Below are positions 28,679 through 38,936 of a DNA stretch of 64,000 nucleotides, one piece after another. Within the stretch, counting starts at the first letter, position 1; each line of letters starts with the position of its first letter. Source of the DNA: an uncultured Pseudomonadales bacterium (lineage in GTDB: Bacteria > Patescibacteriota > Microgenomatia > UBA1400 > MFAQ01); the NCBI GenBank assembly GCA_964429015.1, contig CAYSAM010000002.1, forward strand, positions 25,158-89,157, written 5' to 3'. Position numbers and translations under genes: made by a program. The notes under the pieces were generated by a model. That model worked only from the letters and a program-made list of their open reading frames with translations, was not told the origin of the DNA and ran no database searches.

Positions 28679-28726
28679 ACACAATATCTAGTGTTCCTAT
28701 CATTATTGAAACACTACCACTAGTAA
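28679..28726. promoter_or_regulatory. tandem NrdR boxes
   Basis: ACACAATATCTAGTGT (28679-28694) and ACACTACCACTAGTAA (28711-28726), 32 bp apart, just upstream of nrdR-nrdJ. Confidence 0.85.
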
Positions 28727-28791
28727 TTCAACTATTACAAAATAAAACAAAGTCAAACAATGAACTCAATTTCCGCAAAATCTTCTCCCAA

Positions 28792-29367
28792 TTAGACGAA
28801 TAATGCAATATTCAAAATAAATCTGGCCACTATCGAGCCCAAAACATTTCCACTCTTAGTTCTAATTACCCCATTTATCATCGCCACCGCAAAAACAAAT
28901 ATTAAAACAAAAATCATTTCCAAGCCTCCTACTTTAAAATCAAAAAGCAGTACAGGTAATCTCAAAACAGCTACCAATAAAGCACAAAAAAATATTGACC
29001 ATGTCTCAGGAATACTTTTTTGCAAGTACCCCAAAACGAAACCAGTCAAGGCAATCTCCTCTACTACAGCGGTCACCAAGGCTACACCTAACAAATTCCA
29101 ATTGCCATATAGCACCCCTGGCACCTTTTGCAAAGCAAAAAAATAAAATCCACCAACCACCAATCCAATCACCAAAGATAAAAACATGTTGTCACCAAAA
29201 AGAGAAACTCTTTTTTCTCTCAAAAAAATGTTCCACCAAAACAAAGGCACCAACCAAATTACTGGTTTAAACCACAATTCCTCAATAATCTCTGGCAAGT
29301 TAAAAAAATATCTAAATCCACCCCATATCAATAGCAAATACCCTGTATATAACAACACCTTTTTCAC
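28792..29367 (-). CDS. CPBP (Abi/CAAX) family intramembrane protease-like protein
   Basis: Multi-TM, AVVEE..L.G motif, SGNVLGSI; His motifs look degenerate. Confidence 0.7.
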   Translation of the reverse strand: MKKVLLYTGYLLLIWGGFRYFFNLPEIIEELWFKPVIWLVPLFWWNIFLREKRVSLFGDNMFLSLVIGLVVGGFYFFALQKVPGVLYGNWNLLGVALVTAVVEEIALTGFVLGYLQKSIPETWSIFFCALLVAVLRLPVLLFDFKVGGLEMIFVLIFVFAVAMINGVIRTKSGNVLGSIVARFILNIALFV

Positions 29368-29388
29368 ACTTCATCCTACCACGTTCAG

Positions 29389-31791
29389 ATGCTGTTAATA
29401 AAGACTGCACCAAAGACAAAGTATATAATTACTCCACACATGGAACCGAAACGCAAAAAGTTTTTTAAAGAGTTAGAAAAAAGAATAGCCACCAAGTCCT
29501 GGAAAAAATTAAACAGCAAATCTTTACTGTTTCTTTTAGCTGGTATTTTTCTGATCTGGCTCTTCTTTCTCCTCAAGGACGTTCCTAGTCCAGCCAAACT
29601 CACCAAAACTCCAGCACCACAAAGTACAAAAATACTTGATCGCAACCAAAACCTCCTGTACGAGGTCTACTCAGATTATCGACGTACACCTGTAAACTTT
29701 CAAAACATCTCTCAAGATGTCAAAAACGCCACCATTGCAATTGAAGATAAAAACTTTTACCGCCATCACGGGCTAGATACTTTAGCTATTATCCGTGCCG
29801 CCTTTAACACTCTAAGAGGTAAAAGACTAGAGGGTGGTTCCACACTCACTCAGCAACTCGTCAAGAATTCTTTATTATCCGACACCAGAAGAACTCTTAC
29901 TCGCAAAATTAAGGAGGCCATACTTTCCGTCGCCACTGAATTTACCTACACCAAAAATGAAATTCTAGAGCTATATCTCAATCACGCACCATACGGCGGC
30001 ACCGTCTACGGCATCGAGACCGCCTCCCAAACTTACTTTGGCAAGTCAGCAAAAGACTTAAATCTTGCCGAGTCAGCGCTTCTTGCTGGATTACCACAAT
30101 CTCCAACCAGATACTCACCATTTGGTGCCAAACCAGAATTAGCCATCAACCGACAACATGAAGTTTTAAGACGTATGTACGAAGACGGCTATATAAACAA
30201 AGATCAATACGATTCCGCCAAAAACACCAAACTTAATTTTTCCAAAAAAAATATAACCATCAACGCTCCTCATTTTTCTCTCATGGTTAGAGATCAACTT
30301 GTCCAAAAATACGGCGAAGACTTAGTCAACCTTGGTGGACTAGTGGTTACAACAACTCTCGATCTAGATCTCCAAAATTATTTTCAAGCTTCGCTCTCAG
30401 CTGAACTAAAAAAAATTGCCAAACTAAAAATTAGCAATGGTGCAGCACTAGTCACCAAGCCAAATACTGGAGAAATTATTTCTTTAATTGGTTCCAAAGA
30501 TTACTATGACAACGATATTGATGGACAAGTAAACATCACTACGGCATTGCGCCAACCAGGCAGTTCTATAAAACCACTAAACTACGCCACAGGTCTTTTA
30601 CTTGGCTGGCCAACTAGCCTTGTTTATTTAGATGTTCCTACTTGCTTCAATGTTCTTGGTCAAAAATCTTACTGTCCCAAAAACTACGATAATTCTTTCA
30701 GGGGACCAGTTTCTATGCGTCAATCTTTGGCAAATTCTCTAAATATTCCCGCTGTCAAACAACTCGCACTCAATAGTATGGACTCTTTTATCGCAACCGC
30801 ATCAGCCATGGGGATCTCTACCTGGACAGACTCAAGCAAATACGGACTTTCTCTCACTCTAGGTGGCGGTGAAGTTACCATGTTCGATCTTGCAAAAGCA
30901 TTTAGTACTTTTGCCAATCAAGGGGTGACTGTTCCTCTTGTTTCTGTTCTTAAAGTCCAAACATACGACGGTATAACTCTAGAAGAGTATGATGCTGAAA
31001 AAACCGCCAATCTCGTCTCTGTTCTTCCAGAAGATTGGGCAACTTTTTGGTCAAGTTCCAGCCATTCTGCCTCCCCTTCTGCCGAACCTGTCACCACCCT
31101 ACCCAAAGAAGTCACTTTCATTATTTCCGACATTCTCGCAGACAACGGCGCTCGCTCCGCAGCCTTTGGCACCAACAGTTTATTAGTAATACCCAATCAT
31201 ACCGTTTCTGTAAAAACAGGCACCACTAACGACCTCAAAGATAACTGGACCATAGGCTACACACCAGATTTCCTCGCTGCCACCTGGGTGGGTAACAACG
31301 ACAATACTTCCATGAGCTACGTTGCCTCTGGTGTCACCGGCGCATCTCCAATCTGGAACAGTATCATGAAAAAACTCCTCAAAGAAATCAAAGACAAACC
31401 ATTATCAAAACCAGAAAATGTTACCAATTTTCAAGTCTGCAACTCCACAGGGTTACTTGCTCAACAAGAAAACCAGTGCGAGTCTCACTCAGAATATTTT
31501 ATAAAAGAAATTCTACCACTTGGTCAATCAGGTATTCCCGTTCGCAAACAAATTTGGGTCAATCGTGCTGACAAGTCTCCAATACAAGAAAACGACACCA
31601 CAACAATTGACAGGGATCTTGAAGAACATACAGTTCTATCAGATCCATTCATCAAAGAATTTTGTTTAGATTGCAACTACCCATTAAACGAAAAGGGTAG
31701 TATTCAGTGGCCCCAAACAAACGTTAACATGTCTACTTTCAAGGCCAACTCAAAAAACTACTTAAATCTAAATGTCCAAAACAGCCCTTAA
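29389..31791 (+). CDS. class A penicillin-binding protein (PBP1A family)
   Basis: EDKNFY.H.G, GGSTLTQQLVKN, RKIKE; SSIK, SLN, KTGT; start may be 29440. Confidence 0.95.
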   Translation: MLLIKTAPKTKYIITPHMEPKRKKFFKELEKRIATKSWKKLNSKSLLFLLAGIFLIWLFFLLKDVPSPAKLTKTPAPQSTKILDRNQNLLYEVYSDYRRTPVNFQNISQDVKNATIAIEDKNFYRHHGLDTLAIIRAAFNTLRGKRLEGGSTLTQQLVKNSLLSDTRRTLTRKIKEAILSVATEFTYTKNEILELYLNHAPYGGTVYGIETASQTYFGKSAKDLNLAESALLAGLPQSPTRYSPFGAKPELAINRQHEVLRRMYEDGYINKDQYDSAKNTKLNFSKKNITINAPHFSLMVRDQLVQKYGEDLVNLGGLVVTTTLDLDLQNYFQASLSAELKKIAKLKISNGAALVTKPNTGEIISLIGSKDYYDNDIDGQVNITTALRQPGSSIKPLNYATGLLLGWPTSLVYLDVPTCFNVLGQKSYCPKNYDNSFRGPVSMRQSLANSLNIPAVKQLALNSMDSFIATASAMGISTWTDSSKYGLSLTLGGGEVTMFDLAKAFSTFANQGVTVPLVSVLKVQTYDGITLEEYDAEKTANLVSVLPEDWATFWSSSSHSASPSAEPVTTLPKEVTFIISDILADNGARSAAFGTNSLLVIPNHTVSVKTGTTNDLKDNWTIGYTPDFLAATWVGNNDNTSMSYVASGVTGASPIWNSIMKKLLKEIKDKPLSKPENVTNFQVCNSTGLLAQQENQCESHSEYFIKEILPLGQSGIPVRKQIWVNRADKSPIQENDTTTIDRDLEEHTVLSDPFIKEFCLDCNYPLNEKGSIQWPQTNVNMSTFKANSKNYLNLNVQNSP

Positions 31792-32980
31792 AGTAATTCT
31801 TAGCATTGTTATCTCAATCACCACAGTAGTCTTAATATCAGTTGTTTATTGGCAAAAAAACCTGCCTCTTGTCAGTCCTGTCGCCTTCATCGAAAGCATT
31901 TATCAGCCCAGTACAAAAAACAAAAGGATCGTTTATGGTTTCTTGCCTTACTGGAATCTAAAATACGCCAAAGAGCTTCAAATAAACCACCTTACTCATC
32001 TTGCATATTTTGGACTAGATTTAAAATCAGACGGTACAGCCAACAAAAAAGTAAACGCGAGGGAATTAGAACCAGGATGGAACAAACTAAACTCAGACAC
32101 CACCAAAAACATTCTCTACCAAAGCAAACTTCTCAATCAAAAAACAGTCCTAACAGTCACCGCCATGGAGCCAGAAATCATTTCCTCTATTGTCAACAAT
32201 CAAACTTACACTCAAAACTCTATAAATGACATTCTTCAGGTTTATAAAGACTTCAACTTCGATGGTATCAATATCGATTTTGAATACGTTGGGATACCAG
32301 ACGAAGTTACCAAAAAAAACTTTACCAATTATATAAAGCTCATAAATCAGGAGTGTAAAAAAAGTTACCCCAAATGCTTTATCGATATAGATATCTTTGG
32401 CGATACAGCCGAAAAAAACAGGCTTTGGAATCTAGAAGAGCTCCATCCACACGTTTCCCATATTATTGTTATGGCCTACGATTACTACCGCAAATCATCT
32501 TCCCAAGCAGGGCCAGTTGCTCCATTGACTGGCTCATGCAAAGGACAAAGCGATAATCCTTGCCTAGAACACGATATTCTTCAACACATATCTTTAATAA
32601 CCAAAAAAGTACCCCAAAATAAAATTATTCTTGGAATTCCTTTTTATGGCTACGAATGGCAAACAGCCTCAGAAGATTTTTTGGCTAACACCTATCCAAA
32701 AACCGGAAGCATAGCAACATACCAACGAATTCAAGAAATAATTACAAATCCAGAAACAAGCTCACTATCTGCTAAATGGTCAAACTCAACCCTTAGTCCA
32801 TATTTAGTTTATTATGAAGACAAAAAAATAAAACAAATCCATTACGAAAACCAACAATCCCTAAAACTAAAAATCGATGTTCTAAATGCAACTAATTTGG
32901 GAGGAATGGCAATTTGGGCACTTGGCTACGAAGTCCCATATCAAGATCTTTGGCAACCGATTTTCGAAATGAATCGTTAA
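31772..32980 (+). CDS. glycoside hydrolase family 18, membrane-anchored
   Basis: FDGINIDFE (DxxDxDxE intact), MAYD, LGIPFYG, GGMAIWALG. Confidence 0.9.
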   Translation: MSKTALKVILSIVISITTVVLISVVYWQKNLPLVSPVAFIESIYQPSTKNKRIVYGFLPYWNLKYAKELQINHLTHLAYFGLDLKSDGTANKKVNARELEPGWNKLNSDTTKNILYQSKLLNQKTVLTVTAMEPEIISSIVNNQTYTQNSINDILQVYKDFNFDGINIDFEYVGIPDEVTKKNFTNYIKLINQECKKSYPKCFIDIDIFGDTAEKNRLWNLEELHPHVSHIIVMAYDYYRKSSSQAGPVAPLTGSCKGQSDNPCLEHDILQHISLITKKVPQNKIILGIPFYGYEWQTASEDFLANTYPKTGSIATYQRIQEIITNPETSSLSAKWSNSTLSPYLVYYEDKKIKQIHYENQQSLKLKIDVLNATNLGGMAIWALGYEVPYQDLWQPIFEMNR

Positions 32981-33060
32981 AATAAGCAAACTTTTCCCTC
33001 TATTTTTTTTCATCCAAAAAACATAAAATTGTCTTATCTCCTGCCCTTTCATACCACATC

Positions 33061-35097
33061 ATGTTTAAAGACAAAAAAAGAATCACTAAACTATTTTTAT
33101 ATATCGGTTTACCTTTATACCGTCTATTTCTTGTTGCCATTATTGCCACTTTTTACACCTTAAGAAGACTAAAACATCTAGTTCAATTAATTAAACTACC
33201 CAAAGTTAATTTTTCCCCTCCCAAAACCAAAACAATCTCTCGATTACTTTTTCTTATCTGCCTCCTCCAAATCACGTTTTTAATTTATCACTTCTTCTCA
33301 ACTCTCCCCAACCCAAAACTGCTAAACCACTTTCCGGATAAACTATCTACTAAGATTCTAGATCGAAACGGTAATTTGCTATATCAAATTTATAAAGATG
33401 AAAATAGAACTGAAATCAAAATTGGCAACTTACCCACACACGTTAAACTAGCCTTCCTAGCTGCCGAAGATAAAGACTTTTATAAACATCACGGTTTTTC
33501 TCTTACGGGGCTAATGAGAGCTTTTTATAAAAACTTAGTCAAAGATCACGTCGAAGGTGGCTCAACTATTACTCAGCAACTTGTAAAAAACACTTTACTC
33601 ACCAACGAAAAAACTTTTGTTAGAAAAATCAAGGAACTTGTACTCTCATTAGAGGTAGAAGCTATGTACACCAAAGATAAAATCTTGGAAATCTATCTTA
33701 ATCAGGTTGGTTTTGGCGGCCCCGCCTACGGTATCCAAGAAGCCGCCCAACAATACTTCAACATCGACGCTAAAGATTTATCTATCTCTCAAGCCGCTTT
33801 TCTGGCAGGGCTTACACAAGCACCCACCAAATACTCACCTTTTGGGGAAAATATTCAACTTGGCATAGAAAGACAAAAAATTGTTTTACAACAAATGCAA
33901 AAAAATCATTTTATTACTGATGAAGAATATCAAAATTCACTACACGAAACCATTCTCTTCAGATCTGCCAAAAACGACATTATTGCTCCCCACTTTGTTA
34001 TGTATGTCCGTAGTCAACTTATAAATCAGCTAGGTGAAAATATCGTCAATCAAGGCGGACTAACCGTATACACAACCCTAGATCAAAACATCCAAAACGA
34101 AGCACAAAAAATAGTCTCCCAGGAAATTGAAAAACTAAAGGGATTAAACGTTACAAATGGCTCTGCTTTAATCACTAATCCACAAACAGGTGAAATATTA
34201 GCTATGGTAGGCTCCAAAGATTACTTTAACCTCAACGAAAATGGCCAAGTAAATCTCACTACCTCTTTGCGCCAACCAGGCAGTTCCATCAAACCTCTAA
34301 ATTACGCCCTTGCCTTCGAAAAAGGCAAAAAACCAACCGATACCGTAGAGGATAAGCCACTTTCAATTATCTACCCAAACAGAACAACTTGGACACCAAA
34401 AAACTACGATAACAAATTTCATGGAACAGTAACTCTTAAACAAGCCTTAGCAAACTCTTACAATATTCCCTCAGTTCTCCTTCTAAAAGAAAACGGTATA
34501 GCTGAATTTGCCAATTTTGCCCATAAAATGGGTATCAACTCTTGGTCTGACACTAGCCGCTACGGACTATCCATGAGCCTTGGCAGTCTCGAGGTCAAAA
34601 TGACCGAATTAGCCACTGCATATTCATCTTTTGCTAACAATGGAGTCGTTACGCCTCTAACATCAATTTCCAAAGTAGTATCTAGTGAACAAGGGCAAAT
34701 ATACTTTCCTAAGTGCCAAACAGTTGAAAATCAAGAAAGCAACAAGTCAGTTCTAGCCAACGAAGACAACTGTCTATCGCGTCGTGTAATAACTAATCAA
34801 ACTGCAAAACATATCACCGAAATACTTAGTGACAATATTGCCCGCTCCAGTGCCTTCGGTTCCAATTCCGTGCTGAATATCAAAGGTCACAAAGTCGCTG
34901 TAAAAACTGGCACTAGCAATGATCTCAAAGATAACTGGGCAATCGGCTATAACGAAAATTATTTAGTATCCACCTGGGTGGGAAACAATAATAGCCAACC
35001 CATGTCACACATTGCTTCAGGAGTTACGGGTGCTTCTCCAATTTGGTCCAAAATTTTCAACAACCTTCTTATAAAACCCCTTGCCTCAAGTAACTAA
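33061..35097 (+). CDS. class A penicillin-binding protein (second paralog)
   Basis: EDKDFY.H.G, GGSTITQQLVKN; SSIK, SYN, KTGT. Confidence 0.95.
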   Translation: MFKDKKRITKLFLYIGLPLYRLFLVAIIATFYTLRRLKHLVQLIKLPKVNFSPPKTKTISRLLFLICLLQITFLIYHFFSTLPNPKLLNHFPDKLSTKILDRNGNLLYQIYKDENRTEIKIGNLPTHVKLAFLAAEDKDFYKHHGFSLTGLMRAFYKNLVKDHVEGGSTITQQLVKNTLLTNEKTFVRKIKELVLSLEVEAMYTKDKILEIYLNQVGFGGPAYGIQEAAQQYFNIDAKDLSISQAAFLAGLTQAPTKYSPFGENIQLGIERQKIVLQQMQKNHFITDEEYQNSLHETILFRSAKNDIIAPHFVMYVRSQLINQLGENIVNQGGLTVYTTLDQNIQNEAQKIVSQEIEKLKGLNVTNGSALITNPQTGEILAMVGSKDYFNLNENGQVNLTTSLRQPGSSIKPLNYALAFEKGKKPTDTVEDKPLSIIYPNRTTWTPKNYDNKFHGTVTLKQALANSYNIPSVLLLKENGIAEFANFAHKMGINSWSDTSRYGLSMSLGSLEVKMTELATAYSSFANNGVVTPLTSISKVVSSEQGQIYFPKCQTVENQESNKSVLANEDNCLSRRVITNQTAKHITEILSDNIARSSAFGSNSVLNIKGHKVAVKTGTSNDLKDNWAIGYNENYLVSTWVGNNNSQPMSHIASGVTGASPIWSKIFNNLLIKPLASSN

Positions 35098-35387
35098 ATC
35101 TTGTACTTCACAAAAAACTTATTCTCCTTCTCCCCACCATCAATCTCTTCCACATTTTGATTCTTTGAGTTCTCGGTTTTTTGAATTTTTACTCCTTCCC
35201 CATTTATCATCGCTTTCATCCAAAATCCCAACGAAACCAACACTACCAAAACCAAAACAAAAAAAACCGCTTTTCTATCCCTACTTCTTTCCTCTTTTGA
35301 CTTTTTCTTTTTTTCCTTCTTTTTAACAACTTCTTCACCAGCCTCTCCTTCATCCAAAACATCGTCAAAATCTTTTACTTTATTCAT
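35094..35387 (-). CDS. small single-TM hypothetical protein
   Basis: Lys-rich N-terminus, one TM; C-terminus partly encoded by an 8-mer repeat. Confidence 0.65.
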   Translation of the reverse strand: MNKVKDFDDVLDEGEAGEEVVKKKEKKKKSKEERSRDRKAVFFVLVLVVLVSLGFWMKAMINGEGVKIQKTENSKNQNVEEIDGGEKENKFFVKYKI

Positions 35388-36360
35388 AGACTTTTATTTC
35401 AGCATTTATCAAACAACTCGGCTGTCTACCCTCTAGAGCATCTCTTAAGTTATCAACCAATACTTTTGCCATCGAGTCTCTAGCCTCTACTGTTGCCGAT
35501 GCGGTGTGAGGTGTCAGTACCACGTTTGACATAGCCAATAGCTCCCCAGGAATACTCATCTCATTTTCAAAAACATCCAGTCCCGCACCCGCGATTAGAC
35601 CATCTTTCAACGCTTTAATCAAATCTTTCTCTACTACTAAGCCACCCCTTGCCGTATTAATAAACAAAGCACTTCTCTTCATCAAAGAAAACTCTTTTAG
35701 AGTAAAAAGATGTTTTGTTTCTTCGTTCAAAGACAGCGACAAACTCACCACATCCGAAAGCTCCAGTAATTTTTCCAAAGTGTGATAAATACAATCATTT
35801 TCTTCTTCAAACTCCAAGTTTCTATTTCTATTAAAATAGATCACTTTCATCCCCAACCCCTTAGCTAATCTTGCTGTCCACCTACCAATTCTTCCAAGCC
35901 CTACCACTCCTATTACCTTATTCTTTACACTTGTTCCAAGTAACAAATCTGGCTCCCACCCTTTATATTTACCGGATCGAACCAATCTATCCCCCTCTAC
36001 AATCCTTCTGTACAAAGTAAAAATCATTGCAACCACTTGTTCAGCAACCGATTCCGTAAGAACTCCAGGAGTATTAGTTACACAAATACCTCTTTTAGTC
36101 GCCGCCTCCACATCTATATTGTCATAGCCTACAGCATAATTACTTACTACTTTCAGTTGTTTTCCCGCTACATCCATTACCTCCGCATCAATTTTTTCAG
36201 TCAACAGGGACACAATACCTACCGACCCTTTCACTCCCTCAAGTAATTCTTTTCGCGTTATATTTTTTCCAGGATAAGTTATCACTTCAAACTTATCTCG
36301 TAAGGATTTCACATATCTCTCCAAAAAAATATGCGTCACAAAAACTTTAGGTTTATCCAT
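35380..36360 (-). CDS. D-glycerate dehydrogenase / glyoxylate reductase (D-2-hydroxyacid dehydrogenase family)
   Basis: AVGYDNID, TNTPGVL, GLGRIG, INTARG, AGLDVFE, TPH. Confidence 0.92.
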   Translation of the reverse strand: MDKPKVFVTHIFLERYVKSLRDKFEVITYPGKNITRKELLEGVKGSVGIVSLLTEKIDAEVMDVAGKQLKVVSNYAVGYDNIDVEAATKRGICVTNTPGVLTESVAEQVVAMIFTLYRRIVEGDRLVRSGKYKGWEPDLLLGTSVKNKVIGVVGLGRIGRWTARLAKGLGMKVIYFNRNRNLEFEEENDCIYHTLEKLLELSDVVSLSLSLNEETKHLFTLKEFSLMKRSALFINTARGGLVVEKDLIKALKDGLIAGAGLDVFENEMSIPGELLAMSNVVLTPHTASATVEARDSMAKVLVDNLRDALEGRQPSCLINAEIKVYE

Positions 36361-36372
36361 ACATTCATTTAA

Positions 36373-37353
36373 TCACACTAACCCCTCAACCATTTTTAGT
36401 TTCTTTTTAAGCCTTTTATTCATATCCACCATATTAAGTAACCCATCTTTTGCCCCCATATAAGTAACAACACTGCTACCATTTGCCAGGCCCGCCTTCA
36501 AAATTTCCACTTCATTTTTATAATTAAGCATCGCCCATACAGCTCCAGAAACAAAAGCGTCACCTGCTCCAGTATCATCAATAGACTTATCCGGAAAAGT
36601 ATTCATCTTCCACCAATTACCAGAACGAATCAAACATGCCCCTCTTTTTCCATCAGTAATCGCAATAATTCTTGGACCAAAACTGCTAATTTTTTTATAA
36701 GTCAATTTTTCCTCGTCAAAACTTATCCCAGTTAACTTACTTGCCTCATCTTTATTCAAACTTAGAAAATCTACTTTTGGTAATAACTTTTTAAAATCAA
36801 TCGATTGAAGTTCTGCTTTTCCTGGGTTTACACCAACCCTAACCCCAATGTTAAAGCAAAAATCAACCAAATCCGTTAACAAATCCATTCTCCCACCCAA
36901 ACTAGAAATCTGTAACCAATCAGCTTTTTTTATTAGTTCCCAATCTATATCTCTACTTTCAATGTTTAAACTCTCACCTCTATATGTCACAATCGATCTT
37001 AGTCCATTGCTAGCAATCAACACAGAAGATACTCCCGTTTCTCCTTTTCCTTTTTGAAGCAATTCAAGGTCTAATTGTTTTTCTTCTAGCTCTTTTACTA
37101 TTAAGCTACCCATGTAATCATCTCCTATTCTAGATACAATTTTTACCGCCTCACCCAACCTTTTCAAGCCAACCGCCACGTTACTTCCCCCACCACCAGA
37201 ACACAATTTACAAGTATCAGCTTCTATTTTTCCTCCCAAAACCTCTGCCATCGCTACCCCACCAGGTACTTCGTGGCTTTTTAAAACCCTAAATTCTTTA
37301 GATTTCATCAAAACATCAACTACACTTGCACCGACTACAACAACTTTATTCAT
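36373..37353 (-). CDS. PfkB family carbohydrate kinase
   Basis: GGGGSNVAVGL.RLG, N..EA, DTGAGDAF. Confidence 0.92.
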   Translation of the reverse strand: MNKVVVVGASVVDVLMKSKEFRVLKSHEVPGGVAMAEVLGGKIEADTCKLCSGGGGSNVAVGLKRLGEAVKIVSRIGDDYMGSLIVKELEEKQLDLELLQKGKGETGVSSVLIASNGLRSIVTYRGESLNIESRDIDWELIKKADWLQISSLGGRMDLLTDLVDFCFNIGVRVGVNPGKAELQSIDFKKLLPKVDFLSLNKDEASKLTGISFDEEKLTYKKISSFGPRIIAITDGKRGACLIRSGNWWKMNTFPDKSIDDTGAGDAFVSGAVWAMLNYKNEVEILKAGLANGSSVVTYMGAKDGLLNMVDMNKRLKKKLKMVEGLV

Positions 37354-37414
37354 TACCTCATTCTAGCAAACCGATGATCTATAAAAATTACTAAGCTGCT
37401 AAAATAACAAAGGC

Positions 37415-37861
37415 ATGAAACCTTTTGTCCTTCTCAAACCAAAAACAGGAAAAGAAATTCCATTCATTATTCTCATCAGCTTTCTTCTCACTTTTATTGT
37501 TTCTCGCCTAGTTGTCTTTTACGGACCAACTTCCAACTTTTACCTCAAAGTCAAAGGTGTCCACGTTCACCATCTGGCTTACGGTATTTTTCTACTTAGT
37601 TTGGTGGGGTTTCTTAGTTTAGTTTTAGAAAGAACAGAAAAAGTTCGCCTCCAACTTTCAGTACTATACGGAATCGCTTTAGGGCTAGCTTTCGACGAGT
37701 TTGCTATGTGGATCCAGTTAGAAGATGTCTATAAAGATCGTTCTACTTACGATGCCATTGTTACTATCACCCTCATTCTTCTCAATGTTGTTTACTTTGG
37801 TGATTTTTGGAAAAAATGGCACAACCACCTCGGCACCCTCCTTCGCAAACTCACCTCCTAA
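37415..37861 (+). CDS. membrane hypothetical protein
   Basis: Four TM helices with HVHH..YG and L.FDEF..W motifs. Confidence 0.8.
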   Translation: MKPFVLLKPKTGKEIPFIILISFLLTFIVSRLVVFYGPTSNFYLKVKGVHVHHLAYGIFLLSLVGFLSLVLERTEKVRLQLSVLYGIALGLAFDEFAMWIQLEDVYKDRSTYDAIVTITLILLNVVYFGDFWKKWHNHLGTLLRKLTS

Positions 37862-38153
37862 TTTTTCTACTCTCACACAACAACACAACCAACAACGAAA
37901 ATGCCACCACTGGCAACAAAAATATAGATTGAAAGTAGACAAACAACCCAAGAAACTCAAGCAAACTCTTAGTATTCAACTCCTGAACAAATACGATATA
38001 TCCTAGAGAAACTAAAAACACAGTGACTACATCTATAGCAACAAAAGAAGTCAACAAACGTAATCCATTTGCCCTCAACCATTTTTCTTCCTTCTTTAAT
38101 TCTGACTTCGAAGCTGGATATGGAATAAATATCATGTTTTCATTATAGATCAA
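37851..38153 (-). CDS. small membrane hypothetical protein
   Basis: Two hydrophobic segments; start uncertain. Confidence 0.5.
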   Translation of the reverse strand: MIYNENMIFIPYPASKSELKKEEKWLRANGLRLLTSFVAIDVVTVFLVSLGYIVFVQELNTKSLLEFLGLFVYFQSIFLLPVVAFSLLVVLLCESRKIRR

Positions 38154-38195
38154 ATCTAATTTCCAAAATCAAAAATCCAAAAACAAAATTAATAT

Positions 38196-38936
38196 CTAAA
38201 ACCCAAAAACTATCTCCGATAATTTTTTCGAAATTTCAGTAGGATTTTCGTGTTGCCAAACATTTCTTCCAATCGCAATCCCTTTAGCCCCAGCTTTCAT
38301 CACGCCAGCAACCTCTTCTTCTAGGTTCTCCCAATCAGTCTTCATTCCACCTTGTGCCAAAACCCCAGTTTTACCCGCTGCTCTCACCACCCAATTAAAG
38401 CTCTCCGGGTCACCTGTGTAAGGTACTTTAACAAAGTCAGCATTAAGTTCTAGTCCTAGCCTTGCCCCATAGGCGACAGTATCCCTCTCACTCTCTCTAC
38501 CAGCAACTTTAGATCCTCTAGGGTACATCCACGCAATTACTTCCAATCCCTTGGCGTGTGCCTCATCTTCAATTCGCGAAAATTCTACCAACATTTGTTC
38601 TTCATGCTCACTTCCTACATATATCGTATAACCAACTGCTTTAGCTCCCAATTCTATGGCCTTATCTACAGTACAAAGTTGCAAAGACAACGGCTCTTCA
38701 CTATAAAAAGACGTTTTTCCATTTAATTTTACAATTAGCGGTACACCGCAGTCTTTTTCGTAGTATCTAGCCGCAACGCCCTCTTGAAAAACCACCCCAG
38801 TAAAAAATCCATTTTTTGCAATCTCCATAATGTATTTAGGGTCAACATTTTTTTCATCAAAGTCCACCGGACCATGTTCAAAACCTTGGTCATATGCCAA
38901 TATCATCACCTTACCGTTTTTATCTAAAACACTCAT
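38196..38936 (-). CDS. class I (DhnA/archaeal-type) fructose-bisphosphate aldolase
   Basis: LAYDQGFEHGP, IVKLN, WMYPRG, ADFVKVPY, GRNVWQ. Confidence 0.92.
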   Translation of the reverse strand: MSVLDKNGKVMILAYDQGFEHGPVDFDEKNVDPKYIMEIAKNGFFTGVVFQEGVAARYYEKDCGVPLIVKLNGKTSFYSEEPLSLQLCTVDKAIELGAKAVGYTIYVGSEHEEQMLVEFSRIEDEAHAKGLEVIAWMYPRGSKVAGRESERDTVAYGARLGLELNADFVKVPYTGDPESFNWVVRAAGKTGVLAQGGMKTDWENLEEEVAGVMKAGAKGIAIGRNVWQHENPTEISKKLSEIVFGF

